From positions 7,420 to 71,419 of the forward strand of contig JBBIKN010000005.1 of assembly GCA_037445435.1 (NCBI GenBank): a stretch of 64,000 nt of DNA, read 5' to 3'. The notes below the pieces were generated by a model. The model searched no databases, was not told where the DNA came from, and worked only from the letters and a program-made list of their open reading frames with translations. Shown piece by piece: positions 26,301 through 35,262 of this stretch. The DNA comes from Nitrospira sp. Its GTDB lineage: Bacteria; Nitrospirota; Nitrospiria; Nitrospirales; Nitrospiraceae. The stretch's first letter is position 1. Each line of letters starts with the position of its first letter. A program made the position numbers and the translations under genes.

Positions 26301-27431
26301 TCACTGAACGGGCAAAATCCCTCGTCCATCAACGAGAATCAAAATGGCAATGACCAAGCCCCCAATCAAGACACTTTCCCGTACCACGGACCAGGCTGGC
26401 GATTCCTCTGCGTAATCGTCGTCCCGGCCTATCACCTGGAGCCAAAACGCCATGCAAGCGAATCCGACCGACGAGAGGACAAGCGGTGAGGTTGTCATGG
26501 CAGCCAGGCCGTACGCGATCAACAACACTGAGGTATTCGAATGCCAGCTCCCTCCTGTTCCTCCCCGACGCAGCCAATGAGTTCGCCGGATCCATAAGCC
26601 GCCCGCTACCGCACCAGCCCCTAATACCAGGAACAGGATGCTCACCACTCCATCAGCCATTTGATGAGACAGGACCCAGAGCAAGGAAAATAGCGCCGAA
26701 GTCCCCATCGCCGCATATCGTAGTCCATCCTGTATTGAAGTGCGCCACTGTTTTAACGGGGCTGTCGCAACAAATCCGCTGAGGATGCCGATCACCGCCC
26801 CTCCAAGAACATCGGTCGGGAAATGCGATCCTCGAAGGATGCGACTGAGTCCTACGAAAAGTGCGACCGCGATACAAAGAGGTCCAAGGAATGGAAACCT
26901 TATGGCCAGCACCGTCGCGACGGCAAAACTCGCCGTACTATGCCCTGATGGAAAGGAATCCAGTCCCGATGCCCAGGAAAAAGTTATCTGCCAGTCCCCC
27001 GAGTGGGCGAACTTCGGTCGAGGCCTTCCGATCAGGTGTTTCATCCCGTTGGCGAGTAGTGCGGCGATTCCATGAGCGATCAGCGACTGGATGGCGACTA
27101 TCTTGACGGTTGGCTTTTCAAATGCCCACGCACCTACGAGCAAGAGGACACTCACAGTCGCCAGCCGCCACCCTTGGCCGATCCAGTCGCCCATATCGCT
27201 GGTGAACGCCATCCATGGAACGGTGAGCTGGTCCCAGGGAAGATGAATCGTCACCGATCGCACATACTTGGTGATCGGCAGATCAAACTGAGCCACCCCC
27301 AGAAAGCTGATGGCCAACGCAGCACAAGAGCATCCGACTGCAATGATCGACGAGGTCCTGTTTTGAGATGATTGGGAGGGGACGCTCATCGAGCCATGAT
27401 CTGTAACGAGGCTCCTGGAACTGATCACCAA
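26301..27431 (-). CDS. PAP2-family lipid phosphatase with extended membrane C-terminus
   Basis: PAP2 motifs KHLIGRPRP, PSGHS and SRILRGSHFPTD. An alternative start is at ATG 27389. Confidence 0.8.
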   Translation of the reverse strand: MVISSRSLVTDHGSMSVPSQSSQNRTSSIIAVGCSCAALAISFLGVAQFDLPITKYVRSVTIHLPWDQLTVPWMAFTSDMGDWIGQGWRLATVSVLLLVGAWAFEKPTVKIVAIQSLIAHGIAALLANGMKHLIGRPRPKFAHSGDWQITFSWASGLDSFPSGHSTASFAVATVLAIRFPFLGPLCIAVALFVGLSRILRGSHFPTDVLGGAVIGILSGFVATAPLKQWRTSIQDGLRYAAMGTSALFSLLWVLSHQMADGVVSILFLVLGAGAVAGGLWIRRTHWLRRGGTGGSWHSNTSVLLIAYGLAAMTTSPLVLSSVGFACMAFWLQVIGRDDDYAEESPAWSVVRESVLIGGLVIAILILVDGRGILPVQ

Positions 27432-27455
27432 CCGCTCATCGCCGATTCCCGTGCT

Positions 27456-28583
27456 TTACGGCACCCAGTCGGCCAGGAACACATTAAACTCCCCCGATTC
27501 CTTGGCATTGCGATCCGAGACCCAGACAAGGCGTTTGCCGTCCGGCGAGAACATCGGGAAACTATTGAAGTGTCCTTCCCTGGTGAGACGTTCTAATCCG
27601 GTTCCGTCATCGCGCACCAGATACAGATGAAAACTCGGGCGTCCGCCTTCACCTCTCGTTTCTATGTTGGACGAAAAGATGATACGTCGACCGTCGGGAT
27701 GAAAATACGGAGAAAAATTCGACGCGCCGGTCGTTGTCACCTGCTTTTTGTTCGACCCATCGGCATTCATGACAAAAATTTCAAGCTGACCGGGCTCGAC
27801 CAGCCGTTGCGCCAACAGCTCCTTGTATTTCGCCACTTCGGACGGATCGGTCGGATGGGCCGCCCGATAGACGATTCTCTTGCTGTCCGGTGAAAAGAAC
27901 GCCCCACCATCGTACCCGACATCGTCCGTCAGGCGACGGACGTTCGAACCGTCTAGGTTCATTGTATACAGGTCGAGGTCTCCGTCCTTTACCGATGTCC
28001 AAACAATGGTTCTTCCATCGGGTGAGATCGTGGCTTCGGCATCATACCCTGGTGACATCGTCAGCCTCTGCATGTCCTGACCGTCGAGATTCACGGCGTA
28101 GATATCGTAATCGTCGAGTGCCCATCGATACGCGCCACCCCGTTTGGGTTTTGGCGGGCAATCGGGCCCGGCGGCATGGGTGGATGAGTACAGCACTCGA
28201 CTATCACCAGGGAAAAAGTAGCCGCACGTCGTGGCACCCTTCCCGGTACTCACCAAGTGGACGGTCTCGCTTTCTACGTCCATCACGTACATTTGATAAC
28301 ACCCAAGCCCTGACTCGGCCGGCTTTCGGAGGGAGGCCGGTGAATCCGTCATCCAGTTGTTCGTCGATTGAAAAATGAGCTTGGTCCCGTTGAACGAAAA
28401 ATAGGCCTCCGCATTCTGGCGGCCAAAGGTCAACTGCCGGATATTGGTTAGATGCGGTTCCGTCGAACGAATCGACGCGGCAGACTCCTTCGGTCGATCA
28501 GCGGCCAGAGCAGACGGGGGAATACTCATCAAGGCACAGACTCCCCATAGCCATATTCCCCCGACCTTACGATGTTGCATCAA
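27456..28583 (-). CDS. TolB-like periplasmic beta-propeller protein (PD40 repeats)
   Basis: Signal peptide plus repeated PD40 strings (SPDGRTIVWTS, SPDSKRIVYRA, HPDGRRIIFSS, SPDGKRLVWVS). Confidence 0.8.
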   Translation of the reverse strand: MMQHRKVGGIWLWGVCALMSIPPSALAADRPKESAASIRSTEPHLTNIRQLTFGRQNAEAYFSFNGTKLIFQSTNNWMTDSPASLRKPAESGLGCYQMYVMDVESETVHLVSTGKGATTCGYFFPGDSRVLYSSTHAAGPDCPPKPKRGGAYRWALDDYDIYAVNLDGQDMQRLTMSPGYDAEATISPDGRTIVWTSVKDGDLDLYTMNLDGSNVRRLTDDVGYDGGAFFSPDSKRIVYRAAHPTDPSEVAKYKELLAQRLVEPGQLEIFVMNADGSNKKQVTTTGASNFSPYFHPDGRRIIFSSNIETRGEGGRPSFHLYLVRDDGTGLERLTREGHFNSFPMFSPDGKRLVWVSDRNAKESGEFNVFLADWVP

Positions 28584-30795
28584 TCCGCACCTCCTTCACC
28601 TCCGGCGAACTTTGCCACACTTCGCGTTTTGTCACGACTCCGTTCTGAAAAATGACGTAACTATGCCATCCATAATAGAACAGAAAACGTGAAACTTTCT
28701 CGACCGCGTCTGGTGTCACGCCATACAGCACCGTGATGACGCTGCCCGGTACATTTGCACGATGGCAGGAGAAGAGGACCGCCATCGTTGGTCCATTGTA
28801 TGCCTGACCATCAATCTGGAAACCCGTCTCTCCCAAAGCAATTCGGTCACCGCAAGATTCCTCCACCGCTGATTGAACCGCCTGTCGCTGGTCGGCTTCT
28901 GCCAGGACCAAGATCGATCCATCGTGAGGAAGAGAACTCTCGTTGAGAGAAACCACCGTCGTTCTAGACGATCCTGTCAGCTCGTGATCGGAGATGCGAG
29001 ACACAATCTCCTGCAACGGTGAAACAGGGTTCTCAAACGCCCGAACCACCGTCTTGTGTGAATCGGTGACATACCCGTTCAGCATCGGCGGCATCTGATG
29101 TCTCGTCAGCCGGTGAAAAGTCATGAGGTGAGGATCAAGCTCCACGCGCAACGGCTGGTCTGGTAGGACAAAGTCGGCAATGCTCGTTTGCGAGAGGCCA
29201 AGCACGATCGACATGATTTCCGTCGATTCCTTCATCACGATGTGGATGGGGATCGCCATTCGAAAAAGCTGCTCGTCCTGCTCGATCTGAACCGTCAACC
29301 GCCAAGTTTCCCTGTCACCGTCTCCCTTCACGCGACGAGCGTGGGCATCGCGCAACGATACCTGCGGGGCACCAGGTTGTTCGACCCATTGTTTGAAAAA
29401 CCACCGCAAGTTCCGACCGCTTTCTCGAGAAAACACTTCTTCGATCGATTTCCAATCCGCCGGGCGATTACGGTAGCTACCGACGAAGGTCTTCAAGCTG
29501 CGCCAGAATGGCTCATCTCCGATTTCTTGCCGAAGGAGGTGAAACACAAAGGCCGATTTGTGGTAGCCGATGGCATTATCTTTCTCGTCATGCTTCCGCA
29601 GAAATTGAGAAACCGCGTAGTCTGTGTCAGGCTTCACATAGAGATTGTAACCGTGAAGCATCATGCGCCTTTGTTCGAAGGCTTGCGGAACATCCTGAAC
29701 CAACTCGTGCCAGTAGTAATTCGCCAAGTAGGTCGTCATTCCCTCGACCCAATTGCCATGATCGTCTCGATTGAACACCGAATTTCCGATCCACGAATGA
29801 ACGATCTCATGACCCAAGGCATAGGGTTGGACATAGTGGCGTTTGATGCTGCCGCTGCCGAGCAAGGTGAACGACGGCAGACCAAGACCGCTCGCAAAAA
29901 AATTTTCAACCACTGCAAATTTGTCGAAGGGATAGTTCCCTAGGATCCTGACATACACGTCGAGATACCTGGCGGTCGCATCGAGATACTCATCTGCCAA
30001 GGTGGCATTATCGGGCAAGAAATGGGTCTGGAGCTCGACTCGCTGTCCCGTCGAGCTTTTCCACTCCCGCGATGTCGTCACAAATTTGTTGGCAACCAGA
30101 GTGAACGCCTCGGACTGATCCTGAACGATCCATGTTGATGTGGTCTTTCCCTCGCTCGTCGTCTCACCGTCCTTACGTCCGGACGTCACCACCGTCCAGC
30201 CCTGTGGAATCTGAGCAGTCACTCGATAGGTACTGAAGGAACCGATGATATCGGGATACCACTGGCTTTCCCCGCTCAAGTACACACCTTCCAAACCGAT
30301 ATAGCCCGCCGTCTCACTTGGTGTCACGAATCGTAAGTGACGCGGCTCCCTCGGAGGGTCATTGATTTGGCCGCGATAACTCATCACCAATGTCACCTTT
30401 CGGCCATGCTCTCTTGGAATGGAGACCACGATACGCTGGCCCGCTGTCTCGGGAGAGCGCATGCTCTTGAATGGGACGATTTTGTCCAGGCCTTTTTGTC
30501 CCCCGGAGATAGGGCGTGTTCGCATGGCGATGGACTCGACATGCAACGCTTGTGCAAGCGTGAATGTGACCGAAGTGGCCTGTGGCTCAAGATCCAGTTC
30601 GATCTGATCGCTTGCAAATAATTCGTGTGTGGCGGGGACCAACTCGGCTGAGAGGATGTGATGAATGCTGGTGACTTTCTCCTGGGCGAGCAAGACCGGA
30701 ACGGTCCACGCCTGTGCGATGGCGGTCGACAGTAGTCCGATGAAGCAAAAGCCAAGAAGACGGGTCCTGATGTCCATCAGGAAGCGTTTTAACAC
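28567..30795 (-). CDS. M1-family zinc metallopeptidase (aminopeptidase N-like), secreted
   Basis: HEIVHSW (HExxH) plus WVEGMTTY downstream Glu. N-terminal signal/anchor. Confidence 0.85.
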   Translation of the reverse strand: MLKRFLMDIRTRLLGFCFIGLLSTAIAQAWTVPVLLAQEKVTSIHHILSAELVPATHELFASDQIELDLEPQATSVTFTLAQALHVESIAMRTRPISGGQKGLDKIVPFKSMRSPETAGQRIVVSIPREHGRKVTLVMSYRGQINDPPREPRHLRFVTPSETAGYIGLEGVYLSGESQWYPDIIGSFSTYRVTAQIPQGWTVVTSGRKDGETTSEGKTTSTWIVQDQSEAFTLVANKFVTTSREWKSSTGQRVELQTHFLPDNATLADEYLDATARYLDVYVRILGNYPFDKFAVVENFFASGLGLPSFTLLGSGSIKRHYVQPYALGHEIVHSWIGNSVFNRDDHGNWVEGMTTYLANYYWHELVQDVPQAFEQRRMMLHGYNLYVKPDTDYAVSQFLRKHDEKDNAIGYHKSAFVFHLLRQEIGDEPFWRSLKTFVGSYRNRPADWKSIEEVFSRESGRNLRWFFKQWVEQPGAPQVSLRDAHARRVKGDGDRETWRLTVQIEQDEQLFRMAIPIHIVMKESTEIMSIVLGLSQTSIADFVLPDQPLRVELDPHLMTFHRLTRHQMPPMLNGYVTDSHKTVVRAFENPVSPLQEIVSRISDHELTGSSRTTVVSLNESSLPHDGSILVLAEADQRQAVQSAVEESCGDRIALGETGFQIDGQAYNGPTMAVLFSCHRANVPGSVITVLYGVTPDAVEKVSRFLFYYGWHSYVIFQNGVVTKREVWQSSPEVKEVRIDATS

Positions 30796-31574
30796 TCGCG
30801 GCAGACGAGTACAAGCTGGATCGCGGTTAAGAGACGCTCAAGATCCACCGGTTTGATAAGAATCTCCTGAGGGCCCAGGCTCCACGCTTCTCGAAGCAAT
30901 TCCTCATTATGACTTCCAGTCATGATGATGATACCACCTGAATAACCCTTGTCACGCAGGGTGCGAAGAACTTCGATCCCCGGCATTCCGGGCATGATCA
31001 GGTCGAGCACAATCGCATCCGGAGGTCTATCTTCGACTATCCGTAGAGCCTCGTGACCGTCTTTGACGCCAGACGCCCGATACCCGCGCAGGCTGAGAAA
31101 TCGGACCAAGAGGTCGCACAGGAGCGATTCGTCGTCGACTACCAAGACCGATTCATCGATCTGCTCGATGACATGCCCGTTGCCAAGCGAAGGCTGTATG
31201 GTTACCGACTGCGCAGGTTGCCGCGAGACCTGATTCACCGCCTCGACGAGAACATCCAATGACAATCCTTTTCTAATGAAATCCGTGGCCCGCAGGGCTC
31301 GTGCTTGATTCTCCTGCATTTCTGTTGCACCACCGCCCAGGATAATTACCGGCGCAAGAGGGTCGAGCGCCCGGATTTCCTTTAGAACAGTCAATCCATC
31401 CATCTCCGGCATCCGGAGGTCCAGGAGGGTAACTCGTGGAGCGTGTGCACGGAATAGATCAAGACCTTCTCGTCCACTCGTCGCCGAAATGACGCGGTAC
31501 CCATGACGGGTGAACACGCTCTGCAACAAATCACAATTCATCTGATCGTCGTCCACGATCAAGACCTTGATCAT
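30789..31574 (-). CDS. tandem receiver-domain response regulator (REC-REC, no output domain)
   Basis: Two CheY-like domains (KVLIVDDD...LLDLRMPEMDG and VLVVDDES...VLDLIMPGMPG). Start chosen at ATG 31574, with GGAGAGGAG upstream. The longest ORF would overlap ftsY. Confidence 0.8.
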   Translation of the reverse strand: MIKVLIVDDDQMNCDLLQSVFTRHGYRVISATSGREGLDLFRAHAPRVTLLDLRMPEMDGLTVLKEIRALDPLAPVIILGGGATEMQENQARALRATDFIRKGLSLDVLVEAVNQVSRQPAQSVTIQPSLGNGHVIEQIDESVLVVDDESLLCDLLVRFLSLRGYRASGVKDGHEALRIVEDRPPDAIVLDLIMPGMPGIEVLRTLRDKGYSGGIIIMTGSHNEELLREAWSLGPQEILIKPVDLERLLTAIQLVLVCREC

Positions 31575-31659
31575 CGATCTCGGCTCCTCTCCCATCAAAA
31601 CTGTACTACTAGAAAGGAGAATAGCACGAGGCCGTGGACAATGAGAAGAAAATGCGTGG

Positions 31660-32595
31660 TTATGCGCGGGAAGTCGGCTGTCCAAACAAAGCTGCGACGA
31701 ACGCCTCGGCATTGAAATCCTGGAGGTCATCGGCTCCTTCTCCTACACCGATCAGACGCAGGGGAAGTTTCAATTCTTCGGCAATCGCTACGACGATCCC
31801 TCCCCGTGCGGTCCCGTCAAGTTTCGTCAGAGCGAGTCCAGTGACTCCAACCGCCTCGTGAAATTGATGGGCCTGGGCCAGTGCGTTCTGTCCGACCGTG
31901 GCATCAAGGACCAACAATACCTCATGAGGCGCACCGGGCAACTCTTGAGCGATCACTCGTTTTACTTTCCGCAGCTCGTCCATTAAATTGGACTTTGTGT
32001 GCAAGCGACCGGCCGTATCAATAAGGACCATGTCCATCATTCTGGCGTTGGCTGCAACGATGCCGTCGAAGGCCACTGCCGCGGGATCGGCACCATGCCG
32101 TTGGCGAATTACCTCCACTCCGATCCGATCTCCCCAAACTTGAAGTTGATCAATAGCAGCTGCACGGAAGGTATCTCCCGCGACAAGGAGAGGTCTCCGC
32201 CCGGCCTGCGTCATCCGCTGTGCAATCTTGGCGATAGTGGTCGTTTTTCCTACGCCGTTGACTCCGACGACAAGCGTAACAAACGGCTTAGGGCCCTCGT
32301 TGACCAGCTGATCGATCGTAGGACCCGATATGGTTTTTAGAATGCTATAGAGGGACCGACTTAAGACATTTTGGAGCCCTTCCGACGTTTTCGCCTCCGC
32401 TCCACGGGTCTCTTCCCTAACCCGCTGCATCAAACGATCGACGACGCGAGCGCCAAGATCGGCCGCGAGCAACGCCGCTTCTAGATCTTCAAGAAGTTCT
32501 TCGTCCGGTGCACGTCCGAGGAATCGATCTAGGGACTGCTGTACGACATTGCGTGTTCTACCGAGCCCTTCGCTCAGCCGTTGGAACCATCCCAT
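31660..32595 (-). CDS. ftsY: signal recognition particle receptor FtsY
   Basis: GVNGVGKTTTIAKIA, DTAGR and TKLDGTARGG motifs. Start at MGWFQRLSEGL. Confidence 0.92.
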   Translation of the reverse strand: MGWFQRLSEGLGRTRNVVQQSLDRFLGRAPDEELLEDLEAALLAADLGARVVDRLMQRVREETRGAEAKTSEGLQNVLSRSLYSILKTISGPTIDQLVNEGPKPFVTLVVGVNGVGKTTTIAKIAQRMTQAGRRPLLVAGDTFRAAAIDQLQVWGDRIGVEVIRQRHGADPAAVAFDGIVAANARMMDMVLIDTAGRLHTKSNLMDELRKVKRVIAQELPGAPHEVLLVLDATVGQNALAQAHQFHEAVGVTGLALTKLDGTARGGIVVAIAEELKLPLRLIGVGEGADDLQDFNAEAFVAALFGQPTSRA

Positions 32596-32597
32596 TG

Positions 32598-33095
32598 TCA
32601 ACGACCTCTTGGTTGCCGTCCGGTACGAACGGTTACCAGGCACGGCACAGGTGAGATTAGATGGAGCAGGGCCCGTTCCCGACGCGACATTCGCGCCGCT
32701 TCTCGTGGATTCAGTTCATGGTCATATCCGCAAAGATGGAGCACCCCGTGCACTAAAAGGGTGGCCAACTCTTCGTTGATCGATCGTCCGGCTTCCTTCG
32801 CTTGTCGTAAGGCGGTCGGTAACGAAATCACGACATCACCAAGCATCTTGGTTACAGGGCGCGTGCCTCGAGGCATCACGGCCTCACGAATAGGGAAAGC
32901 TAACACATCAGTGGGTCTATCCTTCTTGCGGTACTCACGGTTCAGCCGTCGCATACGTCTGTCTCCAGTCAATTCTAGACTCAGTTCCGATCGAGACTCC
33001 CCGACGGCCGATAAAACACGTTTGGCTAGATGGACCAGTGTGTTTTGTCTGACGGCAAACCGCGTGACATGCACGCGAAGATAGACAGTCATCAA
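32598..33095 (-). CDS. ybeY: rRNA maturation endoribonuclease YbeY
   Basis: HGVLHLCGYDH zinc motif. Conserved position downstream of phoH. Confidence 0.9.
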   Translation of the reverse strand: MMTVYLRVHVTRFAVRQNTLVHLAKRVLSAVGESRSELSLELTGDRRMRRLNREYRKKDRPTDVLAFPIREAVMPRGTRPVTKMLGDVVISLPTALRQAKEAGRSINEELATLLVHGVLHLCGYDHELNPREAARMSRRERALLHLISPVPCLVTVRTGRQPRGR

Positions 33096-34159
33096 TGAGA
33101 ACTGTCGGGTAGATCACGTGGCAATGAGCTGGCCGGGGGCGACTTGCGGGGATTTGGCGATGGGCGTTGGTGAGACGCGACCTGCCCTCGAGCCTGTCGA
33201 GAATCACCGCTGTTTACGGGTTGATGGCGATCATAAGCCTTGATGATTTCTTGAACCAGTCGATGTCGGACCACATCCTTTTCATCAAAGTAGACGAACC
33301 CAATTCCCTCAACGCCGCGAAGGATTTCCTTCACCTGAATCAGACCGGACACTCGATCGCTCGGTAAATCAACTTGCGTGATGTCGCCAGTCACGACAAC
33401 TTTTGAATGGAATCCCAGTCGGGTGAGAAACATCTTCATCTGCTCTGCGGTGGCGTTTTGGGCTTCGTCTAAAATGACAAAGGAATCGTTGAGCGTCCTT
33501 CCCCGCATGAACGCCAGTGGTGCAATCTCAATATCTCCGCGCTCGATCAAACGATTCGCTCGTTCCATATCCATCATATCAAACAGCGCATCGTAGAGAG
33601 GCCTCAGATAGGGGTTCACTTTCTCGTAGATATCACCGGGCAAGAAACCAAGTTTTTCCCCTGCCTCCACCGCCGGCCGTGCGAGAATGATCCGGCTCAC
33701 CTCTTTGTTCATCAGCGCACTGACGGCCATAGCCATAGCTAAATATGTCTTGCCCGTTCCAGCCGGACCGATGGCGATGACAATATCGTGTTCCTGAATC
33801 GCTTCGATGTAAGCCTTCTGCGTTGGCGACTTGGGGCCCACGAACCGTTTTTTCGTGACAATCATGGCCGACTCGCCAAGCACCTCTTTCAGAGGCGCCT
33901 CTGGAGTTCGGCGCAATGCCGTGAGCGCATGGGTTACATCTTCTGCTTGGAGTGATACCCCTTGATTAGTCAGGGAGGCAAGCTCGACAAGGATGCGTTC
34001 AGCTTGACGAACGGCCTCGGGAAGACCGTCCAACGTGAGTTCTTCGCCACGAGCAGAGAGTCGGACACCCAACTCGTCTTCAATCAACTTAAGATGGCGG
34101 TCATGATGACCGAACAGAACGGCGGTATTAGTGCCTTCTCGTAGTTTGAGTTTACGCAC
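33092..34159 (-). CDS. phoH: PhoH-family ATPase
   Basis: Walker A GPAGTGKTYLAMA and the VILDEAQN block, with a KH-like N-terminal extension. Confidence 0.9.
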   Translation of the reverse strand: MRKLKLREGTNTAVLFGHHDRHLKLIEDELGVRLSARGEELTLDGLPEAVRQAERILVELASLTNQGVSLQAEDVTHALTALRRTPEAPLKEVLGESAMIVTKKRFVGPKSPTQKAYIEAIQEHDIVIAIGPAGTGKTYLAMAMAVSALMNKEVSRIILARPAVEAGEKLGFLPGDIYEKVNPYLRPLYDALFDMMDMERANRLIERGDIEIAPLAFMRGRTLNDSFVILDEAQNATAEQMKMFLTRLGFHSKVVVTGDITQVDLPSDRVSGLIQVKEILRGVEGIGFVYFDEKDVVRHRLVQEIIKAYDRHQPVNSGDSRQARGQVASHQRPSPNPRKSPPASSLPRDLPDSSH

Positions 34160-34248
34160 GAGTTTGGGGTGGTCTCCCTCCTACATCCTGGTGGAATTGT
34201 AGCAGACGACAAATAGCAGGGACAAGCGGGGCAGTATCTTTCAAAACC

Positions 34249-35235
34249 TTAACCTCCTAAATGCCTAGCAGGCGCCGCGGCGGTAAGTGTCAAATCAAAC
34301 TCCTGTGAAGCGATGCCACCCTGCCCATCCTTGGCCACAACCTTGACGTGAAATGTCCCTTCTTGATCAGCGGGGATCTGCCACGTGATGTGGCCCAACT
34401 CTTCACTAATAGTCATGCCGACCGGGGCGACTTCCAACTGATAAGTCAATCGGTCGCCATCAGGGTCTACGGCTTTTACAAAATAGTCAAAATGATCTTG
34501 GGAGGCTGAGATAGGAGGTGTTGATATGATTTTGGGACCACTATTGCCTAACACGAGTGGTTCAGATTTTAAGGAACCTCCAGGACCGATGGGATCATGA
34601 GCTGTAGCCTCGACCACGATTTTATCTCCAGCAGCGAATCCCGTCGTGTCGAGAAAGGGTTCATCTCCTTCCTTCACGAGCGTATCATTACGATACCATT
34701 TAAAGGATAAGTCGACGCGATCATGGTCCGAATCGCTGGCCTCAACTTGCGTTTCAAGCCTATCACCAGGTCGAGCTGTTTGAGGGGTCACTGAAACCGC
34801 GGTTAGTCTTGGAGGAGTATTACCCACCACGACACTCGCCGTTCGATAGGGTCGACCCTTCTGCACCGAATCGGCGGGAATGATGACGACGCTGATCCGT
34901 TGACCTCGATGAAAGAATTCCGGTTGGAGCGTCGGATTCGACTGCCCCGGCACGGGAGCATCGTTCACATACCATTCGTACTGGTAAGTGATGGACTCTC
35001 GCTCAGGATCCTCTGACTGAATTTGCACGGAAGCAGGAGCTGCTTGGGTGAGTGGAGCATCTAGGATGTGTGCCGACCTCACGACGGGCGGCTGATTCTT
35101 TCCGGACCGACTGCCTGGCGAGGCAGTCTCCGTCACTCCATCGCCGGTACAACCAGTGACCAGGAGAGCCCACGACAACGAGAGCCCGCACACCGACGCG
35201 TTGCGGTTATGATTGAGTGCTCCGTGTCGACTCAC
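34249..35235 (-). CDS. lipoprotein with three Ig-like/cadherin-like repeats
   Basis: Lipobox-like LLVTGC. Three internally similar ~90-aa repeats (YQYEWYVND..., FKWYRND..., LTYQLEV...). Confidence 0.65.
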   Translation of the reverse strand: MSRHGALNHNRNASVCGLSLSWALLVTGCTGDGVTETASPGSRSGKNQPPVVRSAHILDAPLTQAAPASVQIQSEDPERESITYQYEWYVNDAPVPGQSNPTLQPEFFHRGQRISVVIIPADSVQKGRPYRTASVVVGNTPPRLTAVSVTPQTARPGDRLETQVEASDSDHDRVDLSFKWYRNDTLVKEGDEPFLDTTGFAAGDKIVVEATAHDPIGPGGSLKSEPLVLGNSGPKIISTPPISASQDHFDYFVKAVDPDGDRLTYQLEVAPVGMTISEELGHITWQIPADQEGTFHVKVVAKDGQGGIASQEFDLTLTAAAPARHLGG

Positions 35236-35262
35236 ACCGCGCTCCCTCAGAGTCGGCGGAAA

